Shown here: piece by piece, positions 17,660 through 26,793 of the stretch
Position numbering within the stretch: the first letter of the stretch is position 1
Layout: every line of letters starts with the position of its first letter
Assembly (NCBI RefSeq): GCF_936981045.1
Contig: NZ_OW441264.1
Span: forward strand, 900,001-932,000
Direction of reading: 5' to 3'
DNA length: 32,000 nucleotides
Source of the DNA: Candidatus Saccharimonadota bacterium
GTDB lineage: Bacteria > Bacteroidota > Bacteroidia > Cytophagales > Amoebophilaceae
Notes under the pieces: model-generated
Seen by the model: the letters and a program-made list of their open reading frames with translations, nothing else
What the model was told of the DNA's origin: nothing
Database searches by the model: none
Translations under genes and position numbers: made by a program

Positions 17660-19192
17660 TTATGCATTTTCATCCGTTTCATATTTAGGAAGCGCCTCTA
17701 AAATATTTTCTTTAGTAGGCCATTTTTCACCATGCCAAACAAAACCATCCAATTTCATTTGCGTTGCTTCAATTTTTTTTGCTGGATAAAAGGTACCACA
17801 AGGTTTGGGTTTGCATGTCATTTGCTCTAGTGCATTATCTACCATAGTCATTTCCATTTGATCACACTTGATATGGTTCATACCCATCAACTCATTTTTA
17901 TCGCCAAGTGCAAAATAAAGACTTTCACTATTACCGGTTATTGACATTTCCTGAATAGCACCCTCCTTAAAACATGCAACCATCTTATGGCCCTTTACTT
18001 GGTTGTAATTACCAACCGGATCGACTGATGCCATAAACAAATTTTTATCCACAAACAGTTCAACCTGATCCCCTGCCTCTATAGTGAAGTAAACTGATTC
18101 TCCTGTAATCTGGTAATTGCTGCACCAAATAATTGGCTTATGATGTAAATGAATCGTATTTTTACTGGTATTATAAACAGCTCCATCTGCCACACCCTGT
18201 ACATCTGTTTGATAGAGCCTGACATGATGCAAAGCATGAACTTCTTGCACTGGTGGCTGATTTTTTATATTTTTTTCTAAAACAATAAAAGTATCGGCAC
18301 GTAAATACATGGGTTCATCATGGACCACCTTAGTTAACAATGGGTGGCCTGTTATTACTCCTTTTTTCTCTTTTTCAGAATAATTAGCCTTTTCACCAAC
18401 AATTACTGCATCATGCTTCTGCGCCCGAAGCAAGACATGACCAGTAGCCACACAATCTTGCCCATTAAATACCTCTAAGCGGTCCGCGGTAAGGATAATA
18501 TCTTTTGTAGTCAGTGTTCCTTGGTCAAAGGTAAGCTGTTTTTTAGGCAATAAATAGCGCCCACCCTTAGTAGTCGTAAGGACCCCATCCTGATGGATAA
18601 TTTCAGTATGTCCCTTAAAATCAGCGATTTCTAATTCAGTATGGTAATGCAACTGGTCACAATAAAGTGTATAATCCTGATCCACTCCTACCACCCTTTC
18701 TGAAAAAGCAACTTGATGGTTGGCACCATCATAGACGCCTCTATTGCTGGTTAAAACCATTTGATCCTGTACCAATTTCCCCCCTTGCAAAAACTTACCT
18801 TGTTTCTTTTCCACATCGTAGATGAGCTTATGGGTATAAAAGGTAGCTTTTTTAGATGAATAGCTTACATTATTTTCAAAAATAGCACGCTTCTGTGCTG
18901 GATAATACGTTAAAAGTTCACTTTCTATCACGTCACCTTTTTGATCCACAATTTTAACATTGCCCTGTGCCTCTATCGGCTCCTGATCATCATATTTATA
19001 GGCCTTATCTGCTGTCAACACCATGCCACTAGCATGAAACGTAAAGACCACATTCCCTTCTAATTTCTTGCAAGGTTTATCGTTAACTACGTCACCTTCC
19101 AACTGATCGGCTTTATAGGTCATTGTATCAGCCAAAGCGCAAAAGGGCCAAGCCAGTAGATATACAACAAAATAAATAGCTCTTTTAACCAC
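17660..19192 (-). CDS. OstA/LptA-like periplasmic protein
   Basis: 510 aa with a signal peptide (AWPFCALA). It contains repeated OstA-N-like beta-jellyroll segments (L.GNV.., A.GNVKIVD...). Confidence 0.55.
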   Translation of the reverse strand: MVKRAIYFVVYLLAWPFCALADTMTYKADQLEGDVVNDKPCKKLEGNVVFTFHASGMVLTADKAYKYDDQEPIEAQGNVKIVDQKGDVIESELLTYYPAQKRAIFENNVSYSSKKATFYTHKLIYDVEKKQGKFLQGGKLVQDQMVLTSNRGVYDGANHQVAFSERVVGVDQDYTLYCDQLHYHTELEIADFKGHTEIIHQDGVLTTTKGGRYLLPKKQLTFDQGTLTTKDIILTADRLEVFNGQDCVATGHVLLRAQKHDAVIVGEKANYSEKEKKGVITGHPLLTKVVHDEPMYLRADTFIVLEKNIKNQPPVQEVHALHHVRLYQTDVQGVADGAVYNTSKNTIHLHHKPIIWCSNYQITGESVYFTIEAGDQVELFVDKNLFMASVDPVGNYNQVKGHKMVACFKEGAIQEMSITGNSESLYFALGDKNELMGMNHIKCDQMEMTMVDNALEQMTCKPKPCGTFYPAKKIEATQMKLDGFVWHGEKWPTKENILEALPKYETDENA

Positions 19193-19647
19193 TTTTCTAC
19201 CTTTTCAACAAAACATGAATTGCTTGGTCAAATTTAATAATAAAGTAAGATAAGGAATTTGTATTTTACCTTTTACCTACTTAAAAAGTATACAAGGCCT
19301 GTGCAAAAAGCCACTGAAAGTGTTATGACTTAAAGCTGGGAAATCAGCATCCGCTCTGCAAGCTTAACCAAACTGATTTTCTATGCAATTTTAATGCATA
19401 CATCTTTGAATCGCAACTTTTTACAAGGGGCGTTCTATTTCGTAATAGGGGCTAGCAAGTAGCATACTTTCTGAATGAATAATTTTATTTTCAATAGGCT
19501 ATGCCTTGTATTAACCACTAAATATTTTCCTTAAGTTGACACCATTGCATAAACGGATATACCACAATGGTCTAAAGTTTAGAGCTTATTCAACGTAAGT
19601 TACATATAAATATAATTTAAATTCTACTTACACACCTAGCGATACGA

Positions 19648-19920
19648 TCACTTTGCCAGAATAGATTGTTCATAATTAAATAAATTATTCTGTTTTAACC
19701 TACCCCAATTATTACCATAGTATTCTCTACCCCAATCATTTAACCATAAATCAGGATAATTTCTGTAGACTCCTTTGCCAAACTTTTTTAGTGCTAAGTA
19801 ATATTGCTTAGACCATTTTAATTGCATATGCTTTTTAGCCTCATTTTGCCAATATGCCAAGATTTGTATAGAGGCTATAGCATCTCTATGAGCAAATGCA
19901 TTAAAATCTAAAGACAACAT
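19648..19920 (-). CDS. Hypothetical protein, possibly the C-terminal remnant of a MITE-interrupted gene
   Basis: 90-aa ORF. The frame stays open upstream into the MITE at 19952. It also stays open for 24 more codons after conceptual MITE excision (to 20268), with no start codon there. Confidence 0.35.
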   Translation of the reverse strand: MLSLDFNAFAHRDAIASIQILAYWQNEAKKHMQLKWSKQYYLALKKFGKGVYRNYPDLWLNDWGREYYGNNWGRLKQNNLFNYEQSILAK

Positions 19921-19951
19921 ATTAATTTGTCCACCATAACTATCAATTATA

Positions 19952-20192
19952 ACGTGAGTTCGGTATTTATTTGACTGATTTACAACAATTTAATATCAAT
20001 TATTTAGTTAATATTTGCACCTATTTAACAAGTTTTTATATCTAATTTTATAAATATAATATATATAATAAACTGATTACCAGTATTATTTGTTATTCAA
20101 CTACCTATTTAACTGTCTAATAAAACAAATTTTATAAATTTTCATTGATATTGATTATCAAATGAAAAAATAATCTAATCCCGAACTCACGT
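19952..20192 (+). mobile_element. MITE copy 1 (241 bp, IS982-like terminal inverted repeats)
   Basis: The ends are acgtgagttcggTatt and aatcccgaactcacgt, with an AT-rich non-coding interior. It is flanked by a 5-bp direct repeat TTATA (19947..19951 and 20193..20197). Confidence 0.9.
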
Positions 20193-20430
20193 TTATAGTA
20201 TAATTAGCATTAATATTAGGTTGGGAATAATATTTATCTATAACCTTTAATGTTTTACCGGAAGTGTTCTATAAACTGAGTCCGTTGTGATAGGTCGATA
20301 GTATAATTTTGCTATTGCTTCTAGTGTTATTTGATGTTATAGAGATATTAATTTTATTATTTATTGATTTTCAAGTACTTTTATTCTATTTTAGACAGAC
20401 CATCCCCCTAAAAACCTTTTAATATGATAT

Positions 20431-20765
20431 TTGGCGACCTGTATAAGTGAATCTGTAGAGAAAGAACATACAGCTAAAAAGAAGTTTAAAGTATATCCTA
20501 TTGGTTATTTCCATATCGATATTGCAGAAGTGAGTACTGAAGGAGGCAAATTATATTTATTTGTAGCCATTGATCGAACCTCTAAATTTGTTTATGTGGA
20601 GCTACATCCCAAAATGACTAAAATGATAGCTGCAACTTTTCTCGAAAATGTGATTAAATCGACTCCTTATAAAATACATACTATACTCACAGACAATGGG
20701 ATCCAGTTTTGTAATAGGCAAAAAGATCGCCACAGTTTTGTACATATTTTCGATCGAGTCTGTTT
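20431..20765 (+). pseudogene. IS481-family transposase fragment (integrase-core region)
   Basis: KKKFKVYPIGYFHIDIAEVSTEGGKLYLFVAIDRTSKFVYVEL...YKIHTILTDNGIQF is the rve/DDE core of IS481-like transposases. The N-terminal HTH part is missing. The C-terminus is cut by the type-B IS at 20766. Confidence 0.75.
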
Positions 20766-21426
20766 GGTTTTGTCGCGTTTATTCTAAAAAATCATTTTAG
20801 TATCTGCAGTTAAAAAAGTAGTTATTATGTTTAATATTTCGCCCAAATTATTACCTTATTTTAAGAGCTATTGTTCTTCAGCAGAAGTCATCCTGTTATT
20901 TGTCTAGATGAAGTGTCGTTTTTCCTTGAGCTATAGAGATTTGGAAGATATGATGCGTATGAGAGGCGCAAGAGTTGATCATTCTACGCTACAAAGATGG
21001 GTTATTAAGTTTGTTCCTCTTATAGATGAAGCAGTAAGCAAAAGAAAACGACCAGTTGGTGGTAGTTGGAGAATGGATGAAACCTATGTTAAACTAAACG
21101 GGAAGTGGATCTATTTATATAGAGCAGTAGATCGTTATGGTGATACAGTTAACTTTTTTCTATCTGAGCATAGAGACAAGTCTGTAGCTTTTTCTTTTTT
21201 TCGTAAGGCGATCACAGAAAATAATATTCCTAAGAAAGTAGTAATTGACAAAAGCGGTAGTAATAAAGCTGCCCTTGATACGATCAATACAGAACTTGAT
21301 CAAGATCATACCATTCAAATATTTCAAAACAAATACTTGAATAATAGAGTTGAACAAGATCATAGGTTTATCAAAAAACGGCTAAAACCTATGCTTAGTT
21401 TTAAGTGTTTTAAGGCTGCAGCCATT
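20766..21426 (+). mobile_element. Type-B IS6 element, 5' 661 bp, interrupted by a group II intron
   Basis: Degenerate repeat ggttTtgtcgcg at 20766. The transposase frame carries a TAG before MKCRF. Homology to the copy at 7692..8537 ends after gctgcagccatt (21426; possibly 21429). Confidence 0.85.
20908..21426 (+). pseudogene. IS6-family transposase pseudogene (type B), truncated by the intron
   Basis: The ORF matches the transposase from MKCRFSLSYRDLEDMM to ...FKAAAI. It then reads into unrelated intron sequence (ARRHRCATNGV). Confidence 0.85.
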
Positions 21427-23076
21427 GCACGCCGGCACAGGTGTGCAACAAATGGGGTGTAAGTCCCCTGACTCTAATTTGTCTATTTCGGGAGTCTAGC
21501 AGGAGGTTGGATTTGTGGGGTGATTTACAGGTTTAAGTTACCTTTAAATGCATCTGCAAAATAGCGGGCTGCAACAAAAGTGAACCTAAATTAGCCTCGT
21601 TAAGCCGTTTAAGCGCATTTGCCGACTATCTAGTGGCTACAGGAAGGCTGATAGTAGGATGGAAAAAATAGACCATGACCATCATACAAGTGCCGGGGTG
21701 TTAGGGGTTGCACGCTATGAATGTTTCACATCGTAGTCCGGGAGATCTGATATGAATCCAGTAGGCCACTGGAAACTTTATTGTATAAGTAAAGCGAAAT
21801 CAATAAGGGTGATATCAGAAGTCCGCGGGGTCTATAATACCGTTCGTATTGATTGGGAAACCACTCAAGAGGAAAGGGACCCTACTTCAGTTAACGAGTT
21901 TAAAAGAGTTGAGAATGTCTGATTGCCCTAAAGCTATGAACGGAACATTAAAAGTTCAGCAACTCCAAAGAACTCTATATCTCAAATCCAAGCAATGTAA
22001 GGAAGTCAGATTTTATAGTATATATGATAAAATTTATCTAAAAGATGTACTTTGGGAAGCTTGGCGTCAAGTCAAAGCAAATCAAGGTTCAGCAGGGATT
22101 GATGGTAAAAGCATAAGTGATATAATAGATCAAGGTGAGGCAAAGATTATCAATAAATTGCAGCAGCAACTACGCGCAAAGCTATACAAATTTACCTCAA
22201 GCAGGTTGGTAGAAATACCCAAAGCTAAAGGTGGAACAAGGCCACTAGAGGTAATGACCGTAGAAGATCTCATAGTGCTCACAGCAATGAAAATAGTCAT
22301 TGAACCGATCTTCGAAGCTGATTTTCATGAATGTTCATACGGCTATAGACCGAAACGAGGAGCCAAACAAGCGAGTTTAGTGATCCGAGAAGATCTATAC
22401 CAGCAGGCATGGGGCGTAGTTGAGATTGATTTTCAATCATACTTTACTAGCATCTCACACGAAAAATTATTAAAACTTATTAGTAAAAGGATAGCAGATG
22501 GCAGTATGTTGAAGCTAATTAAACAAACCCTAACAACGTCAATAGTAAAACAAGGTAAAATTACATGCAAGAAAGTTGGAGTACCGCAAGGATCACCAAT
22601 ATCACCGTTGTATAGTAATATCTACCTAAATGTTATAGACCAAGTGTGGCACTCAAGGGGGTATCCAGAAAAGCTAAGCGCAACCTTGCATAGGTATTGT
22701 GATGATGCAATTTTGGTATGTCGTAAGAGTGCTAGCTTAGCGCTGGAGAAATTCACAGAATTAGTAAGGAGGTTATCGCTCATTATTAACCACCAAAAGA
22801 CACGAATAACGAAACTGAAAGAAGGCTTTAACTTCATAGGTTTTTACTTTGTAAAAAGAAAGAGTCCAACAAGTGGCAGAAATAGTATTTATGTATTTCC
22901 AACGAAACAATCCCAACAAAGCATCCGTAACAGACTAAAATACCTGACTTGTAGAAAAGCACCAATCAAACCTCAAACATTCATCAAGCAAATAAAACCA
23001 GTAGTGTTAGGATGGGTTAACTATTTTAAACATACGAATTCCAGTGAAGCTTTTGTTAGATTGCAGGACTTTATTA
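21427..23076 (+). mobile_element. Group II intron, 5' portion (ribozyme domains I-III/IV plus RT ORF), 3'-truncated
   Basis: About 420 nt of GC-richer non-coding sequence precedes a typical intron-encoded RT. A GTGTG candidate 5' end lies at 21441. The 3' part (rest of maturase, domains V-VI) is replaced by the IS982 end at 23077. Confidence 0.8.
21849..23076 (+). pseudogene. Group II intron reverse transcriptase/maturase, C-terminally truncated
   Basis: RFYSIYDKIYLKDVLWEAWRQVKANQGSAGIDG (RT0/1), RPLEVMTVEDLIV, EADFHECSYGYRPKRGAKQA, GVPQGSPISPLYSNIYL, YCDDAILV (YxDD) and maturase GWVNYFKH. The last 10 codons of the tracked ORF come from the IS982 repeat. The probable start is MSDCP near 21915. 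Confidence 0.85.
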
Positions 23077-23090
23077 ACCTCAGTTCGGGA

Positions 23091-24217
23091 TTAGACGTAT
23101 TGTGAACCAGTGATATATATATTAGTTATAGAAGGTTTTTTCTCTTTTAGTGCATAAGCTGTAATTCCAGCTATCAAATTGACTAAAAAATTAGGTATGC
23201 TTCTATGCCTGGAATGTTCTATCTGGCTAATATTTTTGAGCTGATCTATAATAGTTTCAATTATAGATCGTTTTCTAAGCATCAGTTTATCCCAGAGTGG
23301 CATAAAAGAATTTTTCATATTTTTTCTGATCTGGGTAATGAGTTCCACGCCTTTCTCGATCAGTTTTTCAAATAAATCTTTGCTTATGTAACCTTTATCG
23401 GAAAATATTTTACCCATGAAGTGTTTACACAAATTTTCTACAGGAAGCCTATCATTAGTTTTACCTGTGGTCAGTTGAAAATTCATAATTTCTCCTAAAT
23501 CATTGACTATCAAGTGCAACTTTAATCCAAAAAACCAACCGGTGCTGGTTTTACCTTTAGTAACGTGAGTTCGGGATTAGATTATTTTTTCATTTGATAA
23601 TCAATATTAATAAAAATTTATAAAATTTGTTTTATAGACAGTTAAATAGGTAGTTGAATAAAAAATAATTCTGATAATCAGTTTATTATATATATTATAT
23701 TTATAAAATTAGATATAAAAACTTGTTAAATAGGTGCAAATATTAACTAAATAATTGATATTAAATTGTTGTAAATCAGTAAAATAAATCCCGAACTCAC
23801 GTTAGTAGCAATCGATTTAAAAACCCTGTGCGTATAGGCTCTTTTGATATGGAAAACCTTGATGGCTGTTGCATCCATAAAATAACAACCTGTTTTTGTT
23901 TTAGAAAGACTTTGTGTAAAACAGTACAAGGGAACTAACGTTCTTTGGATCAGTTCTATAAATCTATTGTAGCTTACTAACTTTCCAAATTCACTAGAAT
24001 GAAATTGCTGTAAATGAATATAATAAGACTTAAAATTTCTAAAACCAATCACATGAAAGGCAATAAGAACAGTCATTATTTCACTCAAAGTTAATGAACA
24101 AGTTCTAGTGGGTTTTCTTTTAGAGTTGGTTAACAGTTGTTTTTCCATATACGGCATAAACTTTATGAGAAATTCATCAACAGCATAATATATTTCAACT
24201 AATTTTTCTACATTCAT
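23091..24217 (-). pseudogene. IS982-family transposase, interrupted by a MITE
   Basis: The N-part is ORF 23747..24217 (MNVEKLVEIYYAVDEF...CYFMDATAIKV). The C-part is ORF 23091..23519 (LHLIVNDLGEI...SDKGYISKDL...RKRSIIETIIDQLKN). Both fit the IS982 DDE layout. Confidence 0.85.
23563..23802 (-). mobile_element. MITE copy 2 (240 bp), nested inside the IS982 transposase gene
   Basis: Same element as copy 1 in inverted orientation, with perfect ends acgtgagttcgggatt and aatcccgaactcacgt. The 5-bp direct repeat is TAGTA (23558..23562 and 23803..23807). Confidence 0.9.
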
Positions 24218-24323
24218 AGCCGGCTCCTTTGGATAATCTGGTTAGTATTTTTTTATCTCCAAATTTAAAACACAAAGGAGCTTTTTAAAGCTATTTTTTA
24301 ACAAACTAATCCCGAACTCAGGT

Positions 24324-24514
24324 ATTTAGTTAATATTTGCACCTATTTAACAAGTTTTTGTATCTAATTTTATAAATATAATATATATAATAAACTGATT
24401 ACCAGAATTATTTGTTATTCAACTACCTATTTAACTGTCTAATAAAACAAATTTTATAAATTTTTATTAATATTGATTATCAAATGAAAAAATAATCTAA
24501 TCCCGAACTCACGT
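24324..24514 (+). mobile_element. MITE copy 3, partial (lacks the first ~48 bp)
   Basis: Starts at internal position atttagttaatatttgcacc, directly after the IS982 end, and runs to the normal right end ...aatcccgaactcacgt. Confidence 0.85.
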
Positions 24515-24529
24515 AATATATATCCAAAA
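24515..24529 (+). mobile_element. 15-bp piece of the type-B IS6 right-end region
   Basis: aatatatatccaaaa matches the type-B right end (cccaatatatatccaaaacttcactt). That sequence resumes at 25862 after the IS256 element. Confidence 0.6.
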
Positions 24530-25861
24530 GGGTCTTTTGTTTTGAGTGTGTAAATATTTTTTAGGATTTATCTTTACTTAAATCATAACACTTAAAACAA
24601 TAAAAAGAAAAGAGACAGTTAAAGATGGGATAAGCAAGGCCATAGATGTACTGATAGAATCAGGTGTAGACCTTTCCAGACTTTTTGATCAAGACGGCTT
24701 ACTCAAACAATTAAGTAAGCGTCTTGTAGAAAAAGCATTACAGTCAGAAATGGATGACCATTTAGGTTATAATAAGTATGCACGTAGTGATTCAGAGAAT
24801 GTACGTAATGGATTATCCAGTAAGCAAGTTATTACTGATAATGGCGTTATATCGGTTGAAGTACCCAGAGATAGAGCATCGACTTTTGAACCTATTTTAT
24901 TGCCTAATCGTCAAACAAGAATTCCTAGTTTGGATGATAAGATCTTATCTTTACATGCTAAAGGTATGAGTCTGTCAGATATTCAGATTCAAATACAGGA
25001 ATTATATGGCGCAGAAGTAAGTGAAAGCCTGATAAGTAACATCACAGACTCTGTTATTGAAGATGTTAAGATATGGAAAAATCGTCCCTTAGAATCAGTC
25101 TATTCTATTGTTTTTTTTGATTGCTTTGTAGTTAAAGTTAGACAAGATAAGCGCATCATCAACAAGGCAATCTATGTCGCTTTAGGTATAGATAGATCTG
25201 GCATAAAGGATGTTTTAGGGCTTTGGATGAGTGAAAATGAAGGGGCTAAATTTTGGTTAGGCAATTTAACAGAACTCAAAAATCGGGGTATGAACGATAT
25301 GCTCATTGCATGTACAGATAATTTGTCAGGCATGTCTGAGGCCATTGCTGCTGTATACCCAAAAACGGAACATCAGCTCTGTATTGTTCATGCAATTAGG
25401 GGTAGTTTGCAGTATGTTTCTTATAAACATAGAAAGGTATTAGTTGCTGATTTAAAACCAATTTATACAGCAGTTACCGAGCAAGAAGCATTGATGGCCT
25501 TAGAAGCTTTTGCTACTAAGTGGAATCAACAATACCCACAAATAGCCCAATCTTGGTATGCTAACTGGGATAATCTGATGGTATTTTTACAGTACCCTAA
25601 TGCCATACGTAAGGTCATTTACACAACAAATGTTTGGAATCTGTAAATAGCCAATTTCGTAGAGTTACCAAAAATAAAAAAGTGTTCCCTAACGATCTAG
25701 CTGTTTTTAAAACATTATATCTAACTATTAACTACATGACTAGAAAATGGACCACCTCTATTCATAACTGGAGCGAGGCTATGGCACATTTTTTAATTAA
25801 ATTTGAAAACAGAATTGAATAAAATCAAAAAACTAATTTACACACTTAAGTGGACAGAGCC
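24530..25861 (+). mobile_element. IS256-family insertion sequence (about 1.33 kb), degenerate
   Basis: Imperfect terminal repeats gggtcttttgttttgagtgtgtaaat (left) and atttacacacttaagtggacagagcc (right). It contains a Mutator-like transposase with a frameshift. Confidence 0.8.
24593..25822 (+). pseudogene. IS256-family (Mutator-like) transposase pseudogene
   Basis: DGLLKQLSKRLVEKALQSEMDDHLGY..., FDCFVVKVRQD..., CTDNLSGMSEAI..., QLCIVHAIR are IS256-type motifs. No ATG heads the N-terminal open frame. A frameshift near 25630..25646 separates ORF 24750..25646 from 25634..25822. The 5' limit is approximate. Confidence 0.8.
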
Positions 25862-25906
25862 CACTTAAAAGAAAAGACGTTACTAACGAAAATATAGAAG
25901 CGACAG
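25862..25906 (+). mobile_element. Type-B IS6 right-end remnant, its repeat cut by copy A4
   Basis: cacttaaaagaaaagacgttactaacgaaaatatagaagcgacag is the type-B right end, stopping 5 bases short of its repeat terminus where A4 starts. Confidence 0.85.
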
Positions 25907-26739
25907 GGTTCTGTCGCGTTTATTCTAAAAAATGATTATTTTAGTATCGGTATTTAAAAAAGTAGTTATTATGTTTAATATTTCTCCCGAGTTATTACCA
26001 TATTTTAAAGGTTATTGTTCTTCATCAGAAGTCATCCTGTTATTTGTATACATGAAGTGTCGTTTTTCCTTGAGCTATAGAGATTTGGAAGAGATGATGC
26101 GTATGAGAGGCGCAAGAGTTGATCATTCTACGCTACAGAGATGGGTTATTAAGTTTGTTCCTCTGATAGATAAAGCAGTAAGAAAAAGAAAACGACCAGT
26201 TGGTAGTAGTTGGAAAATGGATGAAACCTATGTTAAACTAAACGGGAAGTGGATCTATTTATATAGAGCAGTAGATCGTTATGGTGATACAGTTGACTTT
26301 TTTCTATCTGATCATAGAGACAAGTCTTCAACGCTTTCTTTTTTTCGAAAGGCGATCACAGAAAATAATATTCCTAAGAAAGTAGTAATTGACAAAAGCG
26401 GTAGTAATAAAGCTGCCCTTGATGCGATCAATACAGATCTTGATCAAGATCATACCATTCAAATATTGCAAAACAAATATTTGAATAATAGAGTTGAACA
26501 AGATCATAGGTTTATCAAAAAACGGATAAAACCTATGCTGGGTTTTAAGAATTTTTATTCTGCTTCCATTACTATTTCAGGGATAGAAAACATTCGTATG
26601 ATTCAAAAAGGACAAGTAAGAGGAGCTAAAAATCATCTTTCTACTTTTGAGAACTTTGCTATCTTAATGGCCGCATAATATCCAAAATTTGACTTAAACG
26701 AAAAACCTATACTAAGAAAACTATAGACGCGACAGAACC
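25907..26739 (+). mobile_element. IS6-family IS, type A, copy A4 (833 bp)
   Basis: Terminal repeats at 25907 and 26728..26739, with the same internal layout as the other copies. Confidence 0.95.
25932..26678 (+). CDS. IS6-family DDE transposase (copy A4)
   Basis: 248-aa ORF, near-identical to the other type-A copies (PVG variant). Confidence 0.9.
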   Translation: MIILVSVFKKVVIMFNISPELLPYFKGYCSSSEVILLFVYMKCRFSLSYRDLEEMMRMRGARVDHSTLQRWVIKFVPLIDKAVRKRKRPVGSSWKMDETYVKLNGKWIYLYRAVDRYGDTVDFFLSDHRDKSSTLSFFRKAITENNIPKKVVIDKSGSNKAALDAINTDLDQDHTIQILQNKYLNNRVEQDHRFIKKRIKPMLGFKNFYSASITISGIENIRMIQKGQVRGAKNHLSTFENFAILMAA

Positions 26740-26793
26740 TTTGAGGCCGTTGCAATAGGCCCCCATCAAAGTTAAAGATAAGTGATAGATGTT

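Larger units (their letters stand above)
23077..24323 (-). mobile_element. IS982-family insertion sequence (about 1002 bp without its nested MITE)
   Basis: Terminal repeats acctCagttcgggattag (23077) and ctaatcccgaactCaggt (ending 24323). The transposase is split by the MITE at 23563..23802. Confidence 0.85.

Noticed and set aside
17555-19460. Two similar ~35-nt segments flanking the OstA-like gene (17555..17589 aaggggcgtttcttttataggacggctagccaagt; 19425..19460 aaggggcgttctatttcgtaataggggctagcaagt)
   Set aside because: They share only a 10-mer plus a 7-mer and a few short blocks, with indels. Exact 10-mer repeats are expected many times in 32 kb, so the match is statistically marginal. It is worth a genome-wide motif count but is not a supported feature.
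19193-19647. Long non-coding gap upstream of the OstA-like gene, examined for tmRNA, SRP, RNase P or 6S RNA signatures
   Set aside because: I could not see a tRNA-like 3' end, an SRP domain IV motif or conserved RNase P helices. A covariance-model scan would be needed to exclude a small RNA.
19952-19967. GAGTTCGGGATT in the MITE and IS982 ends, which resembles a tRNA T-arm (GGTTCGAATCC)
   Set aside because: No acceptor, D or anticodon arms can be built around any copy. The motif always sits at element termini as an inverted repeat.
21849-23105. Reverse transcriptase as a possible retron, DRT or Abi-type defence RT
   Set aside because: The ORF has the full group II layout: the RT0 FYSIYDK block, EADFHECSYGYRPKR, YCDD and maturase GWVNYFKH. 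It is preceded by about 420 nt of structured-looking non-coding RNA. It sits inside another mobile element and is truncated. There are no neighbouring effector genes.
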